NCBI GenBank assembly: GCA_020137815.1
Contig: CM035350.1
Location: forward strand, 4,340,001 to 4,404,000
Reading direction: 5' to 3'
Origin: Hormiphora californensis
Taxonomy: Eukaryota; Animalia; Ctenophora
DNA: 64,000 bases
Shown: positions 53,865 through 64,000 of the stretch, piece by piece
How the letters are laid out: the number at the start of each line of letters is the position of its first letter
Numbering within the stretch: position 1 is the stretch's first letter
Notes under the pieces: model-generated
Seen by the model: only the letters and a program-made list of their open reading frames with translations
The model's database searches: none
What the model was told of the DNA's origin: nothing
Program-made: the position numbers and the translations under genes

Positions 53865-53968
53865 GATAGAGAGACTGTCCTGCTGCGTGTGGACATGAGT
53901 GTGAGTGGTCGTGAGATAGAGAGACTGTCCTGCTGCGTGTGGACATGAGTGTGAGTGGTCGTGAGATA
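53818..53968 (+). repeat. 50-bp triplication spanning the WDR24 stop codon
   Basis: gagactgtcctgctgcgtgtggacatgagtgtgagtggtcgtgagata occurs three times. Confidence 0.9.
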
Positions 53969-54477
53969 TACGAGGACTGGGTTTGTGTGTGTGCTCATGA
54001 TTTGTGTGTCTGTGTGTCTGTACTTTGATTCAGAGGGTATTGACGGGATAGCGCTAAGAGAGGACAATCTCCCGTGACAAATTGAAAAGCTGGTTTTTTG
54101 TACAAATTTCTGTTTTTTTAATCTTTGCAGCACATTGCAGCAATAACATTTATATCTGACATTTTAGTCTTCCCCATAGAACTGTTACAATTTCTGACAA
54201 CAATCAACCAATATATAACACGGCCCACACACAGCTCATTATATACAAATTACCCATAAATATTTATCTAGAATAGTCCTTGGTATTTCATCCCCGTCTG
54301 TCCACCAGTCTCCTTTCAGTAGCTCCCTGGTCTCTTGTACAATCTCTACTTCATCATCATGTAGTATCAGCCCCCTCTTGTAGTGGCTTGTACAATGTTC
54401 ATGTAGGCCCCCACTTCCCCAATATTCAGGTACTATCAGCCCCTCACATTGTTCAGGTAGAAACCCTCCTCATCTCT

Positions 54478-55394
54478 TCATGTAGCCTTCTTCTGTATCA
54501 CTCCATCCCCGTTCTGCTTCAAGGCTGATGGTCCCAACTCTGTTGAAAATGCAGCGGCCTTCTTCTCGGCAGTCAGCTTGGAGTTGAAGATACCGTACCC
54601 AAAGTAGATGACCACCCCAATGAGGCCGTACAGGGCCAATTGTAGGAGGGCACTCACCTCCAGGTGGAATAGGAGCAGCAGATTCAGAAGGATGGAGAAC
54701 CCTTGAACAAAGGGTTTAGCAGGGCTGCGGAAAGAGAGGTGTTTCTCGGCGGGTTTCAGTTTGAATCTTACCCAAATGAACAGCAGGCACAAGAACGAGA
54801 GGCATCCTAACACCGTCTCTATGGCAATGACAACATAATTCTGTGCCGCCAGGGCTGTCAGCCCGCACAGGACCACCGCTGACGTCATGAATACTGTGAT
54901 GACTATGACAAAGGTGCGGAATGTATAGGTAGGGGCTGGATGGGTGAGGGGTGTTCTCTCCCCGGAGGTTCCAGGTGATACAGAGGTGTCACTAGTGTCG
55001 TAACTCAGGATAATCACTGCCAGGGCTGTCACCACAAACACTGATAGCGTCCCTCCGGAGATCTGCAGGAGAGGGTTATAGTGTTAGTACAATTCTCTGT
55101 TCGTCCCTCATCCCCACCCACGTCCCACATACAAACACTGATTCCCCCCGAAATTTGATCATCTCTCGATCCTCATTCAAGGTACATACAAACTACTGAC
55201 CCAACTACTGACCCAACAGTCCAACACAGAGGGAGGTATCCAACCCCATCCTAACAACTAACCATATGGCTGAGAGTATCAAAGTCGTAGACGATACTAG
55301 TGATGATTCCTATTACAGTACACAGAACCACATTCCATATTGGAATTCTCGTTCGGGGGTCCACCCAGGATAACCAGGAGAACAACAAACCGTC
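54478..55394 (-). CDS. Last two exons of an SLC7 cationic amino-acid transporter (CAT family); upstream exons not found in the window
   Basis: Exon 55394-55263 (DGLLFSWLSWVDPRTRIP..FDTLSHM) and exon 55062-54478 (ISGGTL..LSFRSPAKPFVQGFSILLNLLL..IGVVIYFGYGIFNS). Confidence 0.85.
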
Positions 55395-56290
55395 CTGGGG
55401 TGGGGAGAGAGATCAGAGAGGGGGGGTTAGTAACCGTCCTGGGGTGGGGAGGGAGGGGAGGTTAGTAACCGTCCTGGGGTGGGGAGAGAGGTGAGGTTAG
55501 TAACCGTCCTAGGGTGGGGAGAGAGGGGAGGTTAGTAACCGTCCTAGGTTGGGGAGAGAGGGGAGGTTAGTAACCGTCCTGGGGTGGGGAGAGAGGGGAG
55601 GTTAGTAACCGTCCTAGGGTGGGGAGAGAGGGGAGGTTAGTAACCGTCCTAGGGTGGGGAGAGAGGGGAGGTTAGTAACCGTCCTGGGGTGGGGAGAGAG
55701 GGGAGGATAGTAAACGTCCTAGGGTGGGGAGAGAGGGGATGTTAGTAACCGTCCTGGGGTGGGGAGAGAGGGGAGGTTCACAACAAACCGTCCTAGGGTG
55801 GGGAGAGAGGGGAGGTTAGTAACCGTCCTAGGGTGGGGAGAGAGGGGAGGTTAGTAACCGTCCTGGGGTGGGGAGAGAGGGGAGGTTAGTAACCGTCCTG
55901 GGGTGGGGAGAGAGGGGAGGTTAACAACAAACCGTCCTGGGGTGGGGAGAGAGAGGAGGTTAGTAACCGTCCTGGGGTGGGGAGAGAGGGGAGGTTAGTA
56001 ACCGTCCTGGGGTGGGGAGAGAGGGGAGGTTAGTAACCGTCCTGGGGTGGGGAGAGAGGGGAGGTTAGTAACCGTCCTGGGGTGGGGAGAGAGAGGAGGT
56101 TAGTAACCGTCCTGGGGTGGGGAGAGAGGGGAGGTTTACAACAAACCGTCCTGGGGTGGGGAGAGAGAGGAGGTTAGTAACCGTCCTGGGGTGGGGAGAG
56201 AGGGGGGTTAACAACAAACCGTCCTGGGGTGGGGAGAGAGAGAGGGGATGTTAGTAACCGTCCTAGGGTGGAAAGAGAGAGGGGAGGTTA
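55385..56290. repeat. ~37-bp G-rich minisatellite built from the SLC7 splice acceptor
   Basis: Unit gttagtaaccgtcctggggtggggagagaggggag, ~24 copies; on the minus strand each carries YAG|GACGGTT. Confidence 0.92.
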
Positions 56291-56718
56291 GTTTTGGGAA
56301 AAACTGTATTTTTCAGGTTCTGCAGAATTCTGGTGTGGCTTTGTTTTGTTCAAACAGGGTCGAGCAAGGCAAACATGGCGTTCAACGTGGCATTGGATGG
56401 AGCAACCCAACTACAGCCAAGAGATGTGCCCACTAATGGTTTTGTTGGGGTTTTGTTGTTGATAGTATCTGTGTGTTTATTATTCCCTCTTTCTAACACT
56501 ATCTTAACCATTCCTCTCCCGCTTAGGACGTTTTTGTGGTGATAAACCTCTCCAAAAGAACGGTATTACATGGTGACAAATGCTGCAGTGATGCCCCTGT
56601 TTGTTGAACCCCTTACTACTCAACAACTTTGAATGGTATGTTGTCTTTTCGATTGTATGGAGACATAGAGACAGCTGGAGTTTTAAGAAATACCGTACAC
56701 AGTACGGAAATTGCTCTA

Positions 56719-56902
56719 CAGTCAAACCTCGATACACTCATGCTTACCATGCTACGCAGTCTGTCCATTGGGCGAGTTAAGCGCCTCAATTACGACCTTC
56801 GGGCTCGCGTATTATACCGGGCCTTCGGTCCGGTGTGATAGCCGACAGACTGGGAACATGTCAACTCATGCCCAACTTGGACGTTATATCGAGGTTTAAC
56901 TG
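56719..56902. mobile_element. Tc1/pogo-type MITE
   Basis: TIR cagtcaaacctcgata / tatcgaggtttaactg, flanked by TA on both sides. Confidence 0.75.
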
Positions 56903-57156
56903 TAATTGTTATACTGTTCACAAAACCAAAAACACTCTTACAATCATTAATCGTGTACAAATTGTGTGTGGGTTAAAATATATGCATTATGCACCCTCGG
57001 CACCGTAAAAATATATCTTGCAGATCCATCGATAGCCATTCTAAGTTAGACACCTATAATAGGAGTCCTAGATAGAGGACAGTCCGCTTCATTTACCCCC
57101 TTTGATCACTGATCATCATCCCGAAATAGGGTCTGATACTCACTAAACATGTTAGC

Positions 57157-58455
57157 TCACAGATTGATGAGTTTCAAGAACACGAACACCATCCCACTGC
57201 CAACAAAGAGCCCCAACGCACTACAAAACACCACTAACGTCCCAGCTCTAGTTTTCTCTGCGGCTCCCATCACACACTCTGGTGCATATGTAGACCCGGT
57301 GGAGAGGAGAACCCCGTTGGTCCACGCCAGCGCCATATAAAACACACCCGGGATCCAATCAGAGTGAAACCAAACGGGCAGAGTCCTGGGTTGTACATTA
57401 CACATCATGATAAGAACAATAAACACTGCTCTAGTCAGGGATAGTGGCAGGACTCTTTGTTTGGGGATGTGGATGCGGGCAGCCGTCAAGCAGCCCAGGA
57501 TGTCACCCAGACCGAACGTCAGGAAGATAATCACGGCGTACATGTACCCAGGAATATTGGATGTGGGGGTGATAACGGGTGCCGGGTAGCAGGAGAGGGT
57601 GATCACCAGGGTGATAAAGATGGAGAGACAGAACTGCCACGTCTGGGAGAACACATACCAGAGTGAGGGGGTCTTGTCCGTACTGCTATTAGATGAGATT
57701 GAGCTCCGGATACCATCCTCTGAGTCGCTATTAATAACCCCCTCATCCTCTCCGTCAGGTACTTGTGGTTCAATAAGACCCTGGGTCATGGCCAGCCTGA
57801 CCTGTCTGTTCCGGGTGAAGAAGAGCAGAAACACGGCCCCGCTGGAGAGGAGCAGGACACATGAAGTGAGGAAGAAGTAACACCCTGCACTAACCGGATC
57901 AGTATGAGCGAGGGTGAGTAACCCCAGAACTGAGTTTAGGAATCCAGCAGAGGATTGTCCTAAGATGAATCCTTGTGTTGCTTTAGGTCCCACCAACCCA
58001 CACACAACAAAGATGGCCGCTTTGAAGAGGGCTGAGAAACCTCCACTTAGACAGTAGAGGGTGGTAGTTAGCACAAAGTATCCATAGGCCCAATCCCAGG
58101 TGCTGATAAGCGCTGAGACAGCCAGGAAACCAAATATCACCACCGACCCGGTCAGACTTGCCAGCACGATAACGATGGTATGTTTGGTGGTTTTTACACT
58201 CAGCATGTAGGTGAGGTTTACCAGAACAGTACACGTTATCCCCCCAAACTGGAAGTAGCACCGGTAGTTGTCAACGATCTGCTGATCACCTATTTCCGTG
58301 TACTTCTGGGTGAAAAACCCAGCCGAGGAGAAGACCATATCAAAGGGAATGAGGTAGATAAATCCGAAGAAGGCGGCGGTAAGATAGAGTCCCCAGGAGA
58401 TTTCATCTGTAGGGGATGGTTTCCGGAGGAGTGGTGTTGTCTCTTCCCTTACCAT
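57157..58455 (-). CDS. Equilibrative nucleoside transporter (SLC29 family), intronless
   Basis: About 11 TM segments; ITLVITLSCYPA, FGLGDILG, RAVFIVLIMMCNVQPR..WFHSDW, WTNGVL..YAP..EKTRAG..LGLFVGS. N-terminal EETTPLL is an acidic-dileucine-like motif. An AG lies 10 nt before the ATG. Confidence 0.9.
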   Translation of the reverse strand: MVREETTPLLRKPSPTDEISWGLYLTAAFFGFIYLIPFDMVFSSAGFFTQKYTEIGDQQIVDNYRCYFQFGGITCTVLVNLTYMLSVKTTKHTIVIVLASLTGSVVIFGFLAVSALISTWDWAYGYFVLTTTLYCLSGGFSALFKAAIFVVCGLVGPKATQGFILGQSSAGFLNSVLGLLTLAHTDPVSAGCYFFLTSCVLLLSSGAVFLLFFTRNRQVRLAMTQGLIEPQVPDGEDEGVINSDSEDGIRSSISSNSSTDKTPSLWYVFSQTWQFCLSIFITLVITLSCYPAPVITPTSNIPGYMYAVIIFLTFGLGDILGCLTAARIHIPKQRVLPLSLTRAVFIVLIMMCNVQPRTLPVWFHSDWIPGVFYMALAWTNGVLLSTGSTYAPECVMGAAEKTRAGTLVVFCSALGLFVGSGMVFVFLKLINL

Positions 58456-59472
58456 AGTGATCGTCCTAGAATATAATACACGGATTAATAAGAGCAATTT
58501 AAGGCTTTTGTTTTGTTCAAATATGGTCGATCAAGGCACTAACTAAGGTGGATCAGGGACTGCAAAGTGAGCAATGCATACTTCACAGCCAGGCATATTT
58601 GCCGTAAAACAAACAAGTGAACTTCCGGATCCTAGTATTGCACACAGGGTCACGTTTTTACCAGGTAAACGTGAGAACACAAACACTAAACAGATAATGT
58701 CTGGGGCGAATGGGCATATTTAGGCCGCAAAAATAAATTATAAATCCCTTATGGTAGAAAGATAAAGATAGGGGTCATTCTGGAATAAAATTAATTCGCA
58801 GACTCCAAGCTAGAGAAAGTGGGACAGTTGGCTGTTTGGACAGCTTGTTGAGAAACTACACAGTCTTCAACTGCAGATTCGTGACCTTGCGACCATAAAA
58901 TAATCGAGTAACGGGCCCGGTAACCAAATTAAGTGTCATGTGAGACGAATTCCATGTTCCCTATGCAGTATGCTGCAAACCTCTGTATTTGGGAGCAGAT
59001 AGGGGATAATTCGAGGTCACGGAACATTTCAATATACCTACAACCCTTCAGTAATCCCCTTCCCTTGGTAAAGCAATTCTTATCTTTTATCTGCTACAAA
59101 TTTGCCACGTTTTTGCCTCGACGCTCGCCGTTGCATCTGTCAACATTAAATGCACAATTTGTAGCAAATATCAGAAAACGAGAGCTGTAGCTTGCTGCCC
59201 AGTGGCTATATACCGTACAGTACTATAAATAATAAAATCAATATCAGAATACAGAACACCCAGCTGCGTAAAGTTGGAAGCATCCGGGAAGCAAGTTACT
59301 ACAAGATCTAATTCTGACTAATAGCAGTGTTGGGCAAAATGAAAGAACTGCCTGACACACTATCAGTCACAAATAACAGCACTAACCGCTCTCACCAACA
59401 CTATCAGTCAGACCAATCTTTACTATCTGGGAATCTCTACTCAGAATCTCAGTTTCCTAGAAATCCTTATCA

Positions 59473-62397
59473 GTGATAAGAACACGCATAGGCACTTTCA
59501 ACTGCAGAACACTCCGAACAGCTGACAAAGTCAGCGAGCTGGCTTATCAATTCTCTAAACATGGTATTGGTCTTTTGGGTATCCAGGAGCACCGAATTGT
59601 CCATCCAGAGACTGTTAAGAGAACCCAGGCTGGGCCAGACTCAATCCTATTAACATCGACAGCCTGGCGGAATAGTGTGGGAGCGTCTGTTGGAGGGGTC
59701 GGAATCTTAATGGGGACCAATGCATCGAAGCTCATTGTTGAGACAAGAGTGGTTTCTAATCGGATCCTGGCCGTCACCTTCGCCGGCAATCCCAAGCTAA
59801 CGCTTGTTACCGTATACTCACCGACAGAAGGTGCCGAATTTGATGAAGTAGAACAGTTCCATAACGAGCTAAGAGAATATCTACACGAAGTACCTGCTCA
59901 CAATCTCCTGATTGTTTGTGGCGACTTCAACGCTCGCCTTGGTTGGGAAGGAACTAGTTCTGGATGGTACTATCATCGTACCACCAGCCGTAACGGTGTC
60001 CTTCTGAAGGAAACTATGGAGGAAACCAACTTGGAGGCCACCAACATTAGATTCCGGAAGAAGAAGAGTCGTTTGTGGACATTCCTGTCGGACGGGACAC
60101 AGCGGAAGGCCACCCTGGATTATATACTAATAAGGAAGAAATGGAGGAATAGTATTAAGGACACCACGACGTCCGAGGCGTTAAGCTCCCTTGGATCTGA
60201 TCATCGGTTGCTTATCGCCAAGGTCAAACTCACCCTACGGAAGAGGAAGACTCTGCCAGGAAGACCGAATCTCGACTATGGTCCTCTCAGAACCGACCCG
60301 GACCTGAGGGATCGTTTCTCTGTTGAGGTTCACAACCGATTTTCCTGTCTAACATCTACTGCTGAAGACGACCCAACTACGAACTATGGTCACTTCATTA
60401 GCGCAGTACAGGAAACGAGTAAAGCTCTCCTTGGGAAGAAGCGAAAACGTCTGAAAGACGTTGTGGCAGAGGACTATAGAGTTAAGCGAGTGAGGACAGA
60501 GTTGGAGTGTGCCAGTAAGGAGTATCACGAAGCACCAGACGAGAGGACGAGGACCAGAGTAAATAGGGCGAAGGAGGGGTTAGCGGGGGCCTATGGAGAG
60601 GTTGAGTCGGAGATTATTGAGGGTAAGATTAGGAGGGTAGAGGATGCTGCTAGGAATGCTAAGTCACGAGAAGTTTGGAGGATAGTTAACGAGGTCTCTG
60701 GTAGAAACCTGAGGACAGCTAGTCAGTTGGAGGGGGGCTCACCGGAAGAGAGGAATGATATATGGTTGAATCACTTCCGAACCCTACTAGGGTCTACACC
60801 ATCAGGGTCATCAGACACGGAAGTCGAACAGCTCTTCCCCCCGGCAGACATCTTCACTGGCAGCTTCACTCTTGAGGAATATCAGAGGGCCAAGAAGAGG
60901 ATTAAGGAGGGGAAGGCTTATGGGGATGACAGCATCCCTCCTGAGGTTCTGAAAAGGTGTGATCTGGATGAGATAGTGCTGGGGTTTTGTAACGGTGCTT
61001 TAGAAGGTAAAGGTATTCCAGAACAATGGACAGTGAGTAACATCATTCCTGTCCCGAAGAAGGGCGACCTGTCCAAGCCTGGGAACTACCGTGGTATTGC
61101 ACTGACTTCAATAGTTGCTAAAACGTTGAACAGGATGCTACTACATCGCATCCGGCCCTATATTGAGACTAAACTCCTTGACTCCCAGAACGGATTCCGA
61201 GAGGGACGCTCAACCACCAGTCACATCTTAACACTGAGGAGGATACTGGAGGGTGCGAGGAAGAAACAACTCCCGGTAGCCATGGCTTTCATCGACTTTG
61301 TTAAAGCCTTTGATAGTATCAACCGTTCCAGCCTGATCAAAATCTTAAGGGCATACGGCATACCAGATGCTATCGTCGATCTTATCCAATGGCTCTACAC
61401 TAACACCAAAGCGCAAATCCTTACAGCCGACGGCGTTACTGCTATATTTGAGATCGTGGCTGGTGTCTTACAAGGCGACACATTAGCCCCGTATCTCTTT
61501 ATCATAGTGCTGGACTATTGCTTACGGATAGCACTCAGTAGACACCCGGAGATCGGTTTCACTCTGAGACCTGCTAGGAGTAGGAGAGTTGGGGCATCCA
61601 GAGTTACTGACACTGGCTTCGCGGATGACGTGGCCCTGCTGGCAAACTCGGTTGAGGAGTTAGGGGTTTTACTTCGTGAGGTTGAAACGGTATGTAAGGA
61701 GGTTGGTCTGGCTATTAACCAGAACAAAACGGAGCTCATAGTGGAGAACATCCCAGATCCAGAGCCGCTTCTTACCTGTGACGGACACACCATCAAAACA
61801 ACCGATGACTTCAAATACCTGGGTTCGTGGATCAGAGATTCGAACAAGGACATCAAGAACCGGAAGAGTAAGGCATGGGTTGCCTGCCACGGCTTGAAGA
61901 AAGTCTGGAACTCAGATCTTAAAGACGAACTCAAGTGTAGGTTATTTGTTGCTACTGTCGAAACCGTTCTCCTATACGGATGTGAGACCTGGACCCTCAC
62001 CAAACAAATGGAGAAGAGTTTGAATGGAGCTTATACTCGTATGTTGAGAATGGCACTTAACAAGAACCAGTGGCAACTCCGCATGACTAATGGCACGTTG
62101 TATGGTATTGGAGGGTTACCCATTCTCAGCACTAAAATAGCGGAACGAAGACTACGACTTGCCGGACATGCACAACGCCATCCTGAGCTGACCCTCCACA
62201 AAGTCCTTCTTTGGGAACCGCTCCATGGTCAAGCCAAACGTGGCAGGCCCTCGAAAACCTTTGTGGATGTTCTACGGCAAGATACGGGTCTGGGAGACGT
62301 GAAGGAGATAGCTTCAGTTATGGAGGAACGTGATGCGTGGAGAAAACTTGTTCAAGGCGTTCGGGAATTCCACCCGCCTTAAGTCAAAGTAAGTCAA
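59473..62397 (+). mobile_element. RTE-type non-LTR retrotransposon, single uninterrupted APE-RT ORF (59473-62382)
   Basis: APE motifs IGTFNCRTL, GIQEHR, GDFNAR, LDYIL and SDH; RT motifs NYRGIAL, QNGFR, FIDFVKAFDS, GVLQGDTLAPYLF, FADD and FKYLG. Very short 3' end with aagtc repeats; candidate TSD agtgataa at 59472-59479 and 62397-62404. Confidence 0.92.
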
Positions 62398-62472
62398 GTG
62401 ATAATAATGACATGTTTTCATTAGAAATGGTGATCCGATCTTGCCCTTTTACTTCTAGAAACACTCGAGAAT

Positions 62473-62522
62473 CAAATAGAAACAAGTTAGTTAGTCATGA
62501 CTAACTAACTTGTTTCTATTTG
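62473..62522. repeat. Perfect 50-bp palindrome
   Basis: caaatagaaacaagttagttagtca|tgactaactaacttgtttctatttg. Confidence 0.9.
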
Positions 62523-62629
62523 TATTTGCTCTCACCCTGTGATAGAGCACTGTCGGCACCCGGTACACTGCAACTGTAACACTCGAGAATCCATCATTGA
62601 CCCTTTCCTATACTACCGAGAACTTTGTA

Positions 62630-62995
62630 GAGTAACACGTGTAACGTACCTCTGCCATTGAGTAACACGTGTGTAACGTACCTCTGCCATTGAGTAACAC
62701 GTGTAACGTACCTCTGCCATTGAGTAACACGTGTAACGTACCTCTGCCATTGAGTAACACGTGTAACGTACCTCTGCCATTGAGTAACACGTGTAACATA
62801 CCTCTGCCATTGAGTAACACGTGTAACGTACCTCTGCCATTGAGTAACACGTGTAACGTACCTCTGCCATTGAGTAACACGTGTAACGTACCTCTGCCAT
62901 TGAGTAGCACGTGTAACGTACCTCTGCCATTGAGTAACACGTGTAACATACCTCTGCCATTGAGTAACACGTGTAACGTACCTCTGCCATTGAGT
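62630..62995. repeat. 30-bp minisatellite, ~12 copies
   Basis: Unit gagtaacacgtgtaacgtacctctgccatt. Confidence 0.95.
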
Positions 62996-64000
62996 GTGTG
63001 TGTGTGTGTGTTTTGCACCGCCCGTCATTCCTCCCACTTTACTGCCCCACAATGGTCGGCAGACAACCTATATTAATATTTGGCCACATTGATGCCTGAG
63101 TGAGATCGAGGTCGCGCAGCGACCGAGATCGATCTCACATCTAGGCCTCCGGCGCGTTATTGATTTTAGAGCAAACTTTTTCAAAGACCTGGCTGCAAGG
63201 AACTACCGAACCGATTTGCATCTCGTTTGTTGCTCCTGGCAGATAATTGTCTCTAGTTTTACGGAAAATACCCGCGAGTATCAGCATTTGAGGAATAGTG
63301 GGTCAAAATTGACGCTAAACATGAGCAATTCTTTAAAGACCTGGCTGCAAGCTCCTACTCGGTCCTGGGACAATCTGCGGGTACTGGGGGAATCGTCATG
63401 GCCTTGTGAGTATGGGAAAATACCCGCCGATTCATCACGATGCGAAATGAGGCCATAATTGATCTTTGAGCAGTGCTAGGTCAGCTAAAAAGGTCTCCAA
63501 AAACGGTCTATCACGCGCGATCTGCTGAAAACGTGCTTTAATATCGCGCGCACGTGAGTTCTTGCTCTCAACGGACCGGGATCCTATTATTCGCGGAGCG
63601 AGAATAGGATGCGATGGATCCAATATTAATATCACTCTTCGCCACCGTCCCCCACACGTAGGGATAATGTTGATGTTGTTCCGGTTTGGGTCCTGGTATT
63701 TTGTCGAGCAAGCTCAACATTTCCCTCGAACCTTCGCCGGCATCACAAGAAGAGTATTTGATACAGTGAATCTAATATTAGACTGACATACCTATATTGT
63801 CAGGACAATGGATGGAATTTACCTGTCTCACAGACTGGTCTTTGGTTACTACTGCTCCAGGGAGCTGTAGAGGTAGGTGGGTTGCCGGATATGACAATAC
63901 CGTGGGTTCACCATCTAATCGGTGACGGCTGAAATATCTTATCACACCTCAGGTCTTTGGTCAAAACCGCTAGCAGTACTTATCAGCATGCAACCTGGGG

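Noticed and set aside
62630-62995. Regular 30-bp array (also the 35-37-bp arrays) as CRISPR
   Set aside because: Head-to-tail units with no unique spacers, no cas genes and a eukaryotic context.
63821-63865. Possible minus-strand exon as the missing SLC7 exon
   Set aside because: No frame gives the expected PRxxYAMA-like sequence preceding DGLL.

Overview
Compact, intron-rich animal DNA, not prokaryotic. Nested genes, AG acceptors just before start codons and (GA)n tracts suggest a trans-splicing invertebrate such as a ctenophore; this is inference. Left to right: (1) a CNOT6/CCR4 deadenylase gene (+) whose middle exons lie in homopolymer-corrupted sequence. (2) A ~20.5-kb minus-strand gene with two KIND domains, whose introns hold four antisense genes: two ankyrin-TRP-type channels, an RPP25-like Alba gene and an intronless ORF joining a retrotransposon Gag/capsid-like domain to GLFG/FG repeats. 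(3) A 4-exon orphan gene. (4) A 17-exon WDR24 (GATOR2) gene whose introns hold an antisense secreted prepro-protein gene, two copies of an 8-bp-TSD MITE, and a non-LTR retroelement inserted in a diverged copy of itself (14-bp TSDs, covarying structured RNA termini, internal tRNA-like Pol III cassette). (5) The last two exons of an SLC7 transporter, an intronless SLC29 transporter and a nearly full-length RTE-type LINE. The strongest novelty candidates are the Gag-FG fusion and the structured, self-inserting retroelement. All homology calls come from recognising motifs by eye; no database searches were run.
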